A DNA stretch of 63,969 nucleotides, filler included, from an uncultured Methanoregulaceae archaeon (GCA_964530035.1; 6 parts of 6 records of this genome joined end to end with filler, not necessarily neighbours in it), one strand, 5' to 3'; positions 10,204 through 20,114 are shown, counted from the first letter of the whole stretch. Translations and numbers: made by a program. The notes: a model not told the origin generated them from the sequence alone.

Positions 10204-10560
10204 ATGGACAGGAAACTCGCGGTACGGTTATACCAGTTCGGCGAACGCGCAAAGTCCGAACTGATCATGGTATCCCAACTCCTCATGTTCCTGGGCGGGC
10301 TCCGTGAGGAAGAACGCGCCGGGGGAAAAAAGACAGTCCTCCAGGTGATGGACCTTGTCAGGAGCGAGAACCAGATGGCTGTCAGGGATACGGGGAGCCG
10401 TGAGTTTACAACGGTCGGCAACAAGATCGGCGAGGCAATCAGTCTCACTGAAAGTGAACGGTATGGAGAGGCATCCGTTTGTATCGGAGATGCCATATCA
10501 GCGGCAACCACTGCCGCCATGACCGGGTGGGAGACGCTCGAGAAGGATGGACTCCTCTGA
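10204..10560 (+). CDS. hypothetical protein (helical)
   Basis: 118-aa ORF after an AT-rich promoter-like region; overlaps the next gene, so likely first of an operon. Confidence 0.7.
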   Translation: MDRKLAVRLYQFGERAKSELIMVSQLLMFLGGLREEERAGGKKTVLQVMDLVRSENQMAVRDTGSREFTTVGNKIGEAISLTESERYGEASVCIGDAISAATTAAMTGWETLEKDGLL

Positions 10561-11074
10561 TTTCTTTTCCTTCCTTGCCGAAAGGTCATCTGTCCGCCAG
10601 TTCCTGGCAGAAGACGTCCCTGAAACGGTCGTGAGTTATCTCCTGGAATGCGCCTCGACAGGTCCGAGCGCAGGAAACCTGGAGTCATGGGATGTAGTCC
10701 TGGTCAGGGATCCAGAACTGAAGGAACAACTCTGTCATGCAGCCCTGTCGCAGGAACATGTCCGCAAGGCACCGCTGCTCATCGTCGTATGTGCAAATTA
10801 TGCCCGTTCAATGTCCCGATATGGTGAAAGGGGGATACTGTACGCACTTGAGGATGCAACCATCGCCACGACGTTCCTGATGCTGGCCTCCCATGCTGCA
10901 GGCCTTGCCTCCTGCTGGGTGGGAGCATTTGATGATGATCAGGTACGCACAGTCCTTGACCTTCCCTACCATGTCCGCCCGGTTTCAATCCTGACCCTTG
11001 GATATGGGTCTGGAAAAATGGCACCGTCCTCGCGTATGCCCCTTGATGAACACATCCATGAGAATGGATGGTAA
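10547..11074 (+). CDS. nitroreductase family protein
   Basis: RSSVRQF, PSAGNLESW, GLASCWVGAFD. Confidence 0.92.
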   Translation: MDSSDFFSFLAERSSVRQFLAEDVPETVVSYLLECASTGPSAGNLESWDVVLVRDPELKEQLCHAALSQEHVRKAPLLIVVCANYARSMSRYGERGILYALEDATIATTFLMLASHAAGLASCWVGAFDDDQVRTVLDLPYHVRPVSILTLGYGSGKMAPSSRMPLDEHIHENGW

Positions 11075-11101
11075 AGGTGCCCACCAGGAGAAGATAGTAC
11101 T

Positions 11102-11440
11102 ATGTCGGATTACCGTGTCACTCTTGAATCAGCCTGGATCGTACGGGATGTCAAGTCCCTTGATGACGCTATGGGAATTGCCATCAGCGAAGCAGGAAAA
11201 AGGTTGAATCCCTCGGCAAAATTCGTCGAGGTTGAAATAGGTCAGATCTCGTGTCCACTCTGCGAGGGAGAGCTTTCGACCGCGCTGGTTGTTGCAAATA
11301 CGGCTTTGGTAGGGCTCGAGCTGGAAATGAAAGTCTTCAAGGCTGAATCTCAGGAACACGCAAGCAGGATTGCCAAATCGGTTATCGGAAAGGCACTCCG
11401 TGATGTGCCGCTCAAGATCACGGAGGTCGAAGTCCTTTGA
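11102..11440 (+). CDS. UPF0212/DUF555 family protein
   Basis: [39 protein letters not shown]. Confidence 0.85.
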   Translation: MSDYRVTLESAWIVRDVKSLDDAMGIAISEAGKRLNPSAKFVEVEIGQISCPLCEGELSTALVVANTALVGLELEMKVFKAESQEHASRIAKSVIGKALRDVPLKITEVEVL

Positions 11441-11894
11441 TAGAGGTCGTCGGTCACACGGCGACGGACCATATATGCAGGGTTCCCCGCCTGCCTGGGA
11501 GGAACCAGTCCGCCCTGATATCCGGACGGACGATTTTTTTCGGGGGAGGTGCAGCGAATATTGCCGCAGGGATAGCAACCCTCGGGGAAAGGGCGCGGCT
11601 TATCAGTGCAGTTGGCGGAGATTTTCAAGGAAGTCCGTATGATTCCTGGATGGATGAACTGGGTATAGAAAAGGAATTTTTCCTTGTCCGGGACGCGAAC
11701 ACGCCCACGGCGTTCATCTTTACCGATGATTCCGGGGACCAGGTCACGTTCTTTGAATGGGGTGCATCATCAGCTTTTGCCTCCTCCGACCCTCCCCATG
11801 TGTCATTCGTACACATGGCGACAGCCGATCCCTCGTTCAATGTCAAGGTTGCCGAACGGAGCGAGTTTGCATCTTTTGACCCCGGGCAGGACAT
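11437..11894 (+). CDS. PfkB-family carbohydrate/nucleoside kinase (3' truncated by contig end)
   Basis: [33 protein letters not shown]. Confidence 0.88.
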
Positions 11895-11994
11895 NNNNNN
11901 NNNNNNNNNNNNNNNNNNNNNNNNNNNNNNNNNNNNNNTTAATTAATTAANNNNNNNNNNNNNNNNNNNNNNNNNNNNNNNNNNNNNNNNNNNN
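11895..11994. other. artificial contig linker (N-TTAATTAATTAA-N)
   Basis: 100-bp N pad with a six-frame stop spacer. Confidence 0.98.
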
Positions 11995-12461
11995 ATCGTT
12001 CCAGAGATGATGATCGCTGCAAGGATCCCTGATAGATAGGTCCAGATGATGTAGAAGGCATAGGCCAGGACTACCCCGATACACAGAACCACAACGTCCC
12101 TCGCCCGGGTCATATCAAGGTCTGCACCCGAAAATGACAGGACCGCCATCGGCACAGCGATGAGGACCAGGCCCTGGAATGCCGACAGGAGGGCAAGGAG
12201 GACCGCCTGGGAGTCAGTTATGGCAAAGCCTGCTATCGCAATTCTGGCCAGGAACCACCCGAAGAAACCGGCGATGAGCCCCCAGGATCCAAGCCACAGA
12301 GCTACCACGAGGTAGACTGGCAGGAGAACCATGACCGCCCCGATAAACGGCAGGCTGACCGCTCCGATAATGACCAGGACCGCTTCGACAGCCATGATAA
12401 TGACCAGGACAATCCCATATATAAAAAGGGGGTATGGGCGGCGTTCAACCATTCTTGCCAT
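11995..12461 (-). CDS. multi-pass membrane protein (3' truncated)
   Basis: About 5 hydrophobic segments; ALWLGSWG motif; runs into the linker. Confidence 0.7.
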
Positions 12462-12541
12462 TTGTAGTCGTTTATGAATTGCAAGACTCAAAAAGATAGC
12501 TGATGGGAAAAGTGTACAACGAAGAGAGTACTAAATGGAAA

Positions 12542-12772
12542 TCAGTCACCGTCACTTAAGGCGGCATAGACTTCCTTGAAAACCTGGCGGGTCTCAAGTG
12601 CCTCGTCACGGGACAATTTCTGTATGGCAAACCCCACATGGACAAGCACAAAATCTCCGACAGCCACATCCACGAGATCAATCCTGACCTCCTGCCGCAG
12701 CTCGCCGTAATCGACAAGCGCAACATTTCCATCCCGGATTTCGATGATTTCTGCTGGAATGGCGATACACAT
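12542..12772 (-). CDS. hypC: hydrogenase maturation chaperone HypC
   Basis: MCIAIPAEI start at 12772; VGDFVLVHVGFAI; GGAGG RBS upstream. Confidence 0.95.
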   Translation of the reverse strand: MCIAIPAEIIEIRDGNVALVDYGELRQEVRIDLVDVAVGDFVLVHVGFAIQKLSRDEALETRQVFKEVYAALSDGD

Positions 12773-12801
12773 AACGGGTCCTCCTTTTCTACGGATGGAA
12801 A

Positions 12802-12886
12802 CGCCGGGGAAGAGATTTGAACTCTTGAGGTGGCAAGCACCAGTGGCTTTCAAGGCCACCGCCTTTCCGGACTAGACTACCCCGGC
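12802..12886 (-). tRNA. tRNA-Ser (anticodon TGA), intronless
   Basis: Reverse complement GCCGGGGTAGTCTAGTCCGGAAAGGCGGTGGCCTTGAAAGCCACTGGTGCTTGCCACCTCAAGAGTTCAAATCTCTTCCCCGGCG: acceptor stem GCCGGGG/CCCCGGC, anticodon stem GTGGC/GCCAC with loop CTTGAAA, long variable arm, GTTCAAAT T-loop. Confidence 0.95.
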
Positions 12887-12951
12887 ACTTCTTATTACAT
12901 TACCGCTACCCGGTAAAAATGTTATCTTTTAAGCCAGATATCCTGGCTTTT

Positions 12952-14079
12952 TTATGCTCTACGGCAATGCCATGCGGCAATCCCGGCAGAAACGATGACC
13001 CCGCCGATAATGGTCAATGGAGCTAACGGGCTCTTTGTCGGAGCTGCTGTCGGTGTTGAACGTGTGTCTCCGAATACCGGGGCAGCACTGGTTTCAATAA
13101 GGATCTTACCCACGTTATCGGCATACAGGGTGACATTTCCTCCATCACCGTAACTTGGATACACCTTTACTTGTACCATTTCTCCGTTCCCGTCAATATC
13201 TACCTGTTCTGCCGTAATTGTGCCTCGGTCGTTCACCTTGAGAACGGTTACTCCGTCAGCCGAGTATTCGACAACCCAGTCGATGCCGGTTGAAGTGTAT
13301 ATTTTCACAGGTCCTTTTTTTGTTGTTACCGAAAAGTAGGCGGGTTTTTCACGGGACGCGAACGCGGTGGCTGATACCGTTTCATCCCCGGGTACGATTT
13401 CCGTTTCGGCCGGTGTGATGGAGGTGACCGAGGGTGCAACGGTGGCAATGCGGACCGAGGTGAACTGGAAGGTCCCGATGAGGCCTTTCGCATCGGAGAA
13501 CGCGACATCATATACACCTGGTGAAGGTATGGTGATCTTTTTCGAAAATGTTCCTTCTTTGGTAGTTGATTCGTATTTTGGTCCGTATACGGTGTTACCG
13601 TTTTCATCAGAAACATGGATCTCTATGCCTGCCGCACCGTTCTTAGGTGCACTGCCGGCAATGATGAGACTGCCCGTAAAGTCCTGTTTCTGGGACGAAG
13701 TCAGCTGGATCTCGTCAGAACGGTCGATGAGCTGTACCACCTTGATGGTCTGGGAGTCCGACGACAACTCTCTGGAAGACTTGATCTCGACCTTGTAGGT
13801 CCCTTTCTTAAGGCCGGCCGTATCGAATTTAACCTTGAATTCCTTCTCACCCTGAATGGTGACCGGCTGGGTATTGATGAGGGTCTGGGTATATTCAACC
13901 AGGGAGAATGTCATCTCGGTACTGGTCCCGGCGGGAAGGTTCGTCGTGCCGGTTACAATAAGAGGCATGCCGACCTGGATCTCCTTTGGGGCATCCAGGA
14001 CAAGCTGATATGCAGAAACAACACCACAAAGCGCAATTAGCGCGATGAGGAGGATAAGAACTCGCGGTGGGTTCATCAT
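12952..14079 (-). CDS. secreted cell-surface protein with Ig-like beta domains and C-terminal PTKSP-TM-basic tail
   Basis: Signal peptide; VTGTTNLPAGT and FDTAGLKKGTY segments typical of methanogen surface proteins; Thr/Pro linkers; C-terminal TM followed by RR. Confidence 0.8.
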   Translation of the reverse strand: MMNPPRVLILLIALIALCGVVSAYQLVLDAPKEIQVGMPLIVTGTTNLPAGTSTEMTFSLVEYTQTLINTQPVTIQGEKEFKVKFDTAGLKKGTYKVEIKSSRELSSDSQTIKVVQLIDRSDEIQLTSSQKQDFTGSLIIAGSAPKNGAAGIEIHVSDENGNTVYGPKYESTTKEGTFSKKITIPSPGVYDVAFSDAKGLIGTFQFTSVRIATVAPSVTSITPAETEIVPGDETVSATAFASREKPAYFSVTTKKGPVKIYTSTGIDWVVEYSADGVTVLKVNDRGTITAEQVDIDGNGEMVQVKVYPSYGDGGNVTLYADNVGKILIETSAAPVFGDTRSTPTAAPTKSPLAPLTIIGGVIVSAGIAAWHCRRA

Positions 14080-14283
14080 AAGGACATGTCACCCAGAAGG
14101 TTTGTTTTCGGTTCCACATCCTAAGCATTTGAATGATAAATACTTTCTATTCCCGCCTTTCTGCGAAAAAAACTGTAGTTATCAGTCATTACCGGAGAGA
14201 CCCGCAGTCAGGGTTTCCTTGTTTCCCGGTCTCAGCATACCCATTCATGATGTTTGACACCCAAGAATCCCGACAGATCTGAC

Positions 14284-15264
14284 ATGGAGCAGTCCGAAGC
14301 GATTAAGCCGCTTGCCTGTTGGAAAGGGACCGAGTTCTTCGATGGATGCCCTCAAACCACGGTAACCGTCATCCTCCGTACCGCTGGATGTTCCTGGGGC
14401 CGGTGTCTCATGTGCGGATACCGGAACGAGCGCCACAATCCCGGCGGAGACCAGGAGTCCTTTGTCAGGGCTCAGCTGGCCTGGATTCAAAGCAATGTGC
14501 CGCTTGAGGGAATTTCAATTATAAAATGGTTCACATCAGGGAGTTTCTTTGACGATAGCGAAGTCCCTCCTTCTGTCCGGAAAGAGATCGCCCAATGGTG
14601 CAGAGGCAGGCGGGTTGTTGCGGAAACACGTCCCGAATATGTCCTTCCCGAACGGATTCTTCCCTTCCTTGAAGATGTGGATGATGGTTCGTTAAAAAAA
14701 CCCCTGTATGTCGCCATGGGGTTGGAAACCACAAATGACGTGGTCAGGAACAGGTCAATAAAAAAAGGATTTTCCTACAGCGATTATACCAGGGCAGCGG
14801 ATACAGCGCATTCGATCGGAGCAGGCGTCAAGGCATATCTCCTGATGAAACCCCCCTACCTGACGGAACGCGATGCGATTACAGACATGGTGGAAACTAT
14901 CCGCGGGCTCGGAGATTCTCCTGAGATCATATCCATGAACCCCTGCACAGTCCAACAGGGCTGCGAACTGGAATGGTTATGGAAGAGAAAGGAATACCGC
15001 CCGCCATACCTCTGGTCAGTCCTGTCCGTATTGCTGTCTGCGGACCGGTATGTTGCCTGCGATCCCGTGGGCGGGGGTTCCGTCCGGGGACCGCATAACT
15101 GTGGACGATGCGATCGGGAAATCGTGCAGGCCCTGCGTGATTATTACCGGGAAGGAGACAGGGCCAGACTCGAAGAGGCTGCTGCGATTCCCTGCCCGTG
15201 CAGGGATGAATGGAAATTTGTTGTTGAAAGGGAACACCCGCTCTGGATGCCCCTCACGCGCTGA
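14284..15264 (+). CDS. archaeosine-synthesis radical SAM protein RaSEA (TIGR01210-like)
   Basis: ILRTAGCSWGRCLMCGY, FTSGSFFD, ETRPEY, GLET, YLLMKPPYL, YRPPYLWS, RGPHNCGRCD. Start could be TTG 14254 or ATG 14284. Confidence 0.9.
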   Translation: MEQSEAIKPLACWKGTEFFDGCPQTTVTVILRTAGCSWGRCLMCGYRNERHNPGGDQESFVRAQLAWIQSNVPLEGISIIKWFTSGSFFDDSEVPPSVRKEIAQWCRGRRVVAETRPEYVLPERILPFLEDVDDGSLKKPLYVAMGLETTNDVVRNRSIKKGFSYSDYTRAADTAHSIGAGVKAYLLMKPPYLTERDAITDMVETIRGLGDSPEIISMNPCTVQQGCELEWLWKRKEYRPPYLWSVLSVLLSADRYVACDPVGGGSVRGPHNCGRCDREIVQALRDYYREGDRARLEEAAAIPCPCRDEWKFVVEREHPLWMPLTR

Positions 15265-16492
15265 TAGTACCGTTTAACAGGTCAATCTCTTTGGCAAGCG
15301 CGGGCATGAATGTCCCTGCATCGCTGACAACACCAATTGCCTGCATAGTCCCCCGGTCCATCAGTTTTGTAACCGAGGAGGGGTTGATATCGACGCAGAT
15401 GGTCTTCACCCTTGAGGGCAGGCAGTTGCCTACGGCTATTGAATGCAGGAGAGTGGCAACCATGAGGACAAGGTCGCAGTCCTTGACCTGGTCCCTGATT
15501 CGGTCCTGTGCGATCATTACGTCGGATATGACATCCGGGAGCGGACCATCGTCACGGATTGACCCGGCAAGGACAAACGGCACGTTGTGCCTGACACATT
15601 CGTACATGATCCCGCCGGTTATGATGCCCGTTTCCACGGCCGCACGTATCGAACCGGCCCTGATTACCTCGCTGATCGCATACAGGTGATGTTTGTGTCC
15701 ACCAACGACAGGTTTTCCCGTAGAAATGTCCATTCCGAGGGAAGTCCCGTAGAGGTTCAGCTCAATATCATGGGTCGCGAGCGCATTGCCGGAAAAAAGG
15801 ACATTGATAAAGCCTTTCCGGATCATTGACGCAACTGCTTCATCGCCTCCGGTATGAATTACCGCAGGGCCCGCTACGAGGCCCACCTTCCCCTTTTTCT
15901 TCCGGATGGCAACGATTTCAGATGCTATTTTCGAGATAATCGTTTCCGTAGGACGTTCAGATGAGACTGTCCCGTGCATGAACTCGAAGTTGGAGCGCTC
16001 CCGGGGACGCTCGGGAGGTGTCACCCTGACGCCCTGTTCTCCCACGACAACCTTGTCCCCTTTTCTAAGCTTGGCAATCGGGGTGCATAAGGCCCGGTAA
16101 TCTGACTCCCTGATGACAATCAGGCAGTCCATCTCGATCTCCTCCACGGGGAGCCAGACGCCTCCGTACTTTACGGAGGTGAAATGGTTCGTGGTCGAGT
16201 AAAACCCCTTGGGTACAACCCGGTCTCCTTCGGCCGGGACGATCACGACATCCTCGACCTCCGGCTGTCGTGCCCCGAAACGGTGTAGTTCAGAAAGGAT
16301 GCGGACAACCTGCTCCTCGTTTTCCGCATTGACCTTCAGCCTCGCATAGCTTGGGTCGGTTTTTCGCTTCCCCACGTTAAACGTGAGAATTTCGAAATTA
16401 CCACCCAGGTCCATGATAGTGTCAAAGATAGAGGTCATGATGCCTGAATCGATGATATGCCCCTCGACCTCTATCTCCCGTGAGGCTGTCAT
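15254..16492 (-). CDS. TIGR00300 family (LOR/SDH-like; archaeal ornithine cyclodeaminase-type) protein
   Basis: EGHIIDSG, PKGFYSTTN, FEFMHGTVSSERP, GNALATHDIE, LAGSIRDDGPLP, KLMDRGT. Confidence 0.85.
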   Translation of the reverse strand: MTASREIEVEGHIIDSGIMTSIFDTIMDLGGNFEILTFNVGKRKTDPSYARLKVNAENEEQVVRILSELHRFGARQPEVEDVVIVPAEGDRVVPKGFYSTTNHFTSVKYGGVWLPVEEIEMDCLIVIRESDYRALCTPIAKLRKGDKVVVGEQGVRVTPPERPRERSNFEFMHGTVSSERPTETIISKIASEIVAIRKKKGKVGLVAGPAVIHTGGDEAVASMIRKGFINVLFSGNALATHDIELNLYGTSLGMDISTGKPVVGGHKHHLYAISEVIRAGSIRAAVETGIITGGIMYECVRHNVPFVLAGSIRDDGPLPDVISDVMIAQDRIRDQVKDCDLVLMVATLLHSIAVGNCLPSRVKTICVDINPSSVTKLMDRGTMQAIGVVSDAGTFMPALAKEIDLLNGTISA

Positions 16493-16519
16493 ATCCACTA
16501 TTGTTGGCCCTGCATGGAC

Positions 16520-17152
16520 TTATCGTTTTGTACAGGCCTGGAACGGGTGTTCTCCAGGGAGTTCACCTTTATCTTTGAACCACCGTTCCAGGGCGGCATA
16601 TTCTTCCGGGGTGTTCAGGTTCAGCAGGCAGTCCGGTTCCTTTGTCAGGTACTGGAGCTCGGTCTGTGCCCGCTCCAGTATCCTCCCGTCGATGATGTTG
16701 AGCCCCGAAGCGACAGCCATCTCGTTCCCGATACTCCATGAATCAGGTCTCCCAAGACCGAAGTGGTCATACACGGAAACAGGGGTCCAGACAGAACAGG
16801 ACTCCCGTCCGGAGTGCAGGAAGGCTGACCTGACCTCCCCTATGAGTGCCCCGGAAAGTGTTGGAAGATCGCTTGAAGAGGTAAACAGAGGTGCCTTTTC
16901 CTCCACTTCACGAACAATTGAAAACAAATCCTCGCAGTACCCTTTCCCGTCTGAACGGACCACTTCTATCCCCAGTGCCCTGCACCAGTTTTTGGTGTAG
17001 GGGGTGTTATCTGACGTTGCTACCAGTATTTCATATCCGGAAAAGGCATCTATGACATACGAGATGAGAGGGTGGCCGTCCAGGAGAACAAGAGGTTTTT
17101 CATTGCACAAAAGACGCGTCCCCCTGCCACCGGCCATGATCAGGGCAAGCAT
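16520..17152 (-). CDS. cobY: adenosylcobinamide-phosphate guanylyltransferase (NTP transferase)
   Basis: ALIMAGGRGTRL..EKPL, GKGYCEDL, LNLNTPEE; coupled to the cobD-like gene. Confidence 0.82.
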   Translation of the reverse strand: MLALIMAGGRGTRLLCNEKPLVLLDGHPLISYVIDAFSGYEILVATSDNTPYTKNWCRALGIEVVRSDGKGYCEDLFSIVREVEEKAPLFTSSSDLPTLSGALIGEVRSAFLHSGRESCSVWTPVSVYDHFGLGRPDSWSIGNEMAVASGLNIIDGRILERAQTELQYLTKEPDCLLNLNTPEEYAALERWFKDKGELPGEHPFQACTKR

Positions 17153-18135
17153 TCCCTCATGACCTCAACGAACTGTTCATTTTCCGGGTGTTGTCGCACG
17201 GCAATACGGATTGAAAACGGGAGGCCGAATGAGGTACAGTCCCGCACAAGGATGTCTTTTTGCCTGAGTGTTTCTGCAATCTCTGAAGCCGGGCGTTTGC
17301 CGGTGGCAAGGATGAAGTTAACCCTGGAAGGCAGGCACCGGAACCCTGTGAGTTCAAGCTGATGCTCAAGGTAGAGTCTTTCCTGAGCAATCCTGTCACG
17401 CGATGAAACCAGATCATCCAGTCTGCTCATCGCCTCGATCGCGAACTTTTCAGCTACGCAGTTGACTGTCCAGGGTGGGCGGAGCGCCTCCATATGTTGT
17501 ACGAGTTCCGCGTCTCCAAAACCATAACCGAACCGGAGTCCCGGGACGGCAAAGGACTTCGTAAGCGACCTCATGATAAAAAGTCCGTTCTCTTTCACCT
17601 TGACAACCGACTCGTCCCTGTCGGAGAGCTCCATGAACGCCTCGTCTACCATCGTTAATTTTCCATCTGCTGCCCTTTCCCGGACGAGCGAGATGATTTC
17701 GGCTCGATCCTTCAATTTTCCATCAGGGTTGTTCGGGTTGCAGATAAAGAGGACATCGGCTTTATCCGGATACTGTGAGGGAGTGGCACCGGTAAGCCGC
17801 GCAGAATAGGCATATTCTCCAAAGGTCGGTTCGATGGTCCCGTATGTCAGGCCTTTACCGAGGACAGCCTGGCAATAGGTCCGGAGGACCTCAATTGAAC
17901 CGTTGCCGACCGTAATTTCCGTGGGTTCTCTATCAAATTGTCTACTGATTGCCGATTTAAGGAGAACATAATCGTCATCAGGGTAGGACCTGACTGCAGC
18001 CGGGTCGAGTGTCGGCAGGATATCAGGTGGAAAAGGGTTGATACTGGCGGAAAAATCCAGGAGCCTTCTGCCCCTGAGAGCCTCCTCTGTTTTCAAACGC
18101 CCTCCATGGATTACTTTTCCTGGTACCGGCTGCAT
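17140..18135 (-). CDS. cobD: threonine-phosphate decarboxylase (PLP class I/II aminotransferase fold)
   Basis: HGG...LDFSASINP, CNPNNPDG, VDEAFMEL, RSLTKSFAVPGLRFGY, VRDCTSFGL; adjacent to cobY. Confidence 0.8.
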   Translation of the reverse strand: MQPVPGKVIHGGRLKTEEALRGRRLLDFSASINPFPPDILPTLDPAAVRSYPDDDYVLLKSAISRQFDREPTEITVGNGSIEVLRTYCQAVLGKGLTYGTIEPTFGEYAYSARLTGATPSQYPDKADVLFICNPNNPDGKLKDRAEIISLVRERAADGKLTMVDEAFMELSDRDESVVKVKENGLFIMRSLTKSFAVPGLRFGYGFGDAELVQHMEALRPPWTVNCVAEKFAIEAMSRLDDLVSSRDRIAQERLYLEHQLELTGFRCLPSRVNFILATGKRPASEIAETLRQKDILVRDCTSFGLPFSIRIAVRQHPENEQFVEVMRECLP

Positions 18136-18202
18136 CAAAACACCAAGACCTGCCTTAGAACTAGGGAGGCCTGTCGCCAAAAAGCCAGCGTTTGGAAAAT
18201 AC

Positions 18203-18217
18203 GGAAAAATATATATA
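18203..18217 (+). promoter_or_regulatory. BRE/TATA promoter for cdrS-ftsZ (may also serve divergent cobD)
   Basis: GGAAAAA followed by TATATATA, about 110 bp upstream of the cdrS start. Confidence 0.55.
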
Positions 18218-18250
18218 CAATACAGTTATATTCTGTGACTATCTGGTAAG

Positions 18251-18314
18251 TGTCAGACATGGAGGTTCCAAATGTCAGACAAATGTCAGACAAATGTCAG
18301 ACAAATGTCAGACA
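18251..18314. repeat. five TGTCAGACA palindromic boxes in 11-bp phase (putative operator array)
   Basis: Copies start at 18251, 18273, 18284, 18295 and 18306 (spacings 22, 11, 11, 11); unit AATGTCAGACA. Confidence 0.9.
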
Positions 18315-18325
18315 TGTGATTAATC

Positions 18326-18505
18326 ATGATGCAGAGGATAACGCTCAGATTACCCGGGCAGCAAATCGATATGCTTGAGCAGATGGTGGCGGCAGGAGAG
18401 TTTCCCACCGTTTCTGAAGCGGTAAGGGATGCTGTCCGTGAGCTTATCGAACGACGTGCCAACCGTGTCTTAAAGGAAAGTGACCAGGTATCATTCAAGG
18501 TGTAA
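18326..18505 (+). CDS. cdrS: ribbon-helix-helix cell-division regulator CdrS (59 aa, below ORF-track cutoff)
   Basis: [62 protein letters not shown] pattern; directly upstream of ftsZ as in the euryarchaeal cdrS-ftsZ2 locus. Confidence 0.88.
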   Translation: MMQRITLRLPGQQIDMLEQMVAAGEFPTVSEAVRDAVRELIERRANRVLKESDQVSFKV

Positions 18506-18516
18506 GAGGGTCCAGC

Positions 18517-19674
18517 ATGCAGAGCATCATTAACGAGGCGTTGAAAAACGCGGAGATCGAAAAGGAGATGAAAAGCCCCGCGAACAACCTCGACGACGAC
18601 ATTGTGGGAAATCCCAGGATTGTCATTATCGGTTGTGGTGGCGCAGGCAACAACACAGTCAACCGCCTGCACCACATGGGTGTTTCCGGGGCGGAAACAA
18701 TCGCGATTAACACTGACAAGCAGCATCTGGACATGATTCAGGCCGACAAGCGTGTCCTTATCGGAAAGTCCCTCACCAGGGGTCTTGGGGCCGGTGGATA
18801 TCCGGATGTCGGGAAACGGGCGGCTGAGATGGCACGTCCGACACTCGAGGCGCTTCTCGAATCGGCCGATCTTGTCTTTGTTACTGCAGGAATGGGCGGT
18901 GGGACCGGTACCGGTTCGGCACCCGTTGTAGCGCAGGTCGCCAAGGAACAGGGGGCAATCGTCGTTGGAATGGTCTCCTACCCATTCATGGTCGAGAAGG
19001 CCCGCCTGGTTCGTGCCGAGGAAGGTCTCGAGGCATTTGGCGCTGCAGCTGACTCGGTCATCGTCCTTGACAACAACCGGCTCAAGAATTTCGTCCCGAA
19101 CCTTCCGCTTGGCCAGGCATTTTCGGTAATGGACCAGCTGATCGGTGAAACGGTCAAGGGAATTACCGAGACCATCACCGAGCCATCGCTTATCAACATT
19201 GATTATGCCGATGTCAGGGCGATCATGAGCAAGGGAGGGGTGGCCGTCATGCTTGTCGGTGAAAGCAAGCAGCAGAACAAGGCCGAAAGCGTTGTCAGGG
19301 AGTGCCTCTCGAATCCCATGCTTGATGTCGACTACCGCGGTGCGACAGGGAGTCTGATCCACATAACCGGTGGAAGCGACCTCACCCTGACCGATGCCGA
19401 GGAGATTGCAACGTCGCTTACCTATGAACTCGATCCCCATGCCGATGTTATCTGGGGGGCTCGGGTGAGGAACGACATGGAAGGTAAAGTTCGTGTGCTT
19501 GCCATCATGACAGGTGTCAAGAGAGGTGATGTTCTTGGAACACGCCAGTCTTACAAGAGCATCCTCCAGGAAATTGACGCCAAGACTCAGAACCCGAAAG
19601 CACCCGAGATGCCCAAGGCGAAGAAGGCCCGTGAGATCGCCAGCGGAGGAGGTATCCTTGAGTGGGTAGGGTAA
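18517..19674 (+). CDS. ftsZ: cell division protein FtsZ (FtsZ2-type by cdrS linkage)
   Basis: [30 protein letters not shown]. Confidence 0.97.
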   Translation: MQSIINEALKNAEIEKEMKSPANNLDDDIVGNPRIVIIGCGGAGNNTVNRLHHMGVSGAETIAINTDKQHLDMIQADKRVLIGKSLTRGLGAGGYPDVGKRAAEMARPTLEALLESADLVFVTAGMGGGTGTGSAPVVAQVAKEQGAIVVGMVSYPFMVEKARLVRAEEGLEAFGAAADSVIVLDNNRLKNFVPNLPLGQAFSVMDQLIGETVKGITETITEPSLINIDYADVRAIMSKGGVAVMLVGESKQQNKAESVVRECLSNPMLDVDYRGATGSLIHITGGSDLTLTDAEEIATSLTYELDPHADVIWGARVRNDMEGKVRVLAIMTGVKRGDVLGTRQSYKSILQEIDAKTQNPKAPEMPKAKKAREIASGGGILEWVG

Positions 19675-20114
19675 AAAACACCAACTGTCACCAATCTGCC
19701 TTTCCCGATGCCGGATTACCGGACAACTGCCATTGTTCGAACCGACTGCGGATACATTCATCCGGCATCCTCTTTTTTATAGGAAATTATTAAGCATTCA
19801 CATATCCTTATTATATACGCTTGCGTCACCTGCCAGGGTGATGTGCATCCGGCTGCCATTTTAAAGGCAGCCATGTACAGGGAGTTGAACATGTACCGCA
19901 GTATGACCACGCCTACGATGAAGGCAGGCTTTTTTTCTCCGCAGATCATTTCAGGAAGCCAAGGATCCCTCCTCAAGCACAGGAGCGGGGAGTTCCGGGA
20001 CAGGAACCTGGGTGTGGCAGACCCCGGGATGCAGAGCGAAAAACATACACGGTATAATGGACGAGCAATCCTGGCAACAACGCAACAAGTACCGCCATAC
20101 GAGGTAAGAAAAGC

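Noticed and set aside
11939..11950. TTAATTAATTAA palindrome recurring five times at about 11.7-kb spacing
   Set aside because: Always embedded in N pads; it is an artificial six-frame-stop contig spacer.
12802..12886. tRNA-Ser as an integration site
   Set aside because: No integrase or duplicated tRNA 3' end is visible; hypC follows directly.
18251..18314. CRISPR interpretation of the short repeats
   Set aside because: The unit is 11 bp with no spacers, and no cas genes are present.
18286..19761. 491-aa minus-strand ORF
   Set aside because: Antisense shadow of cdrS-ftsZ with no recognisable motifs.
19680..20114. RNase P RNA or SRP RNA
   Set aside because: I could not find the RNase P P4 signatures or an SRP helix-8 motif on either strand.
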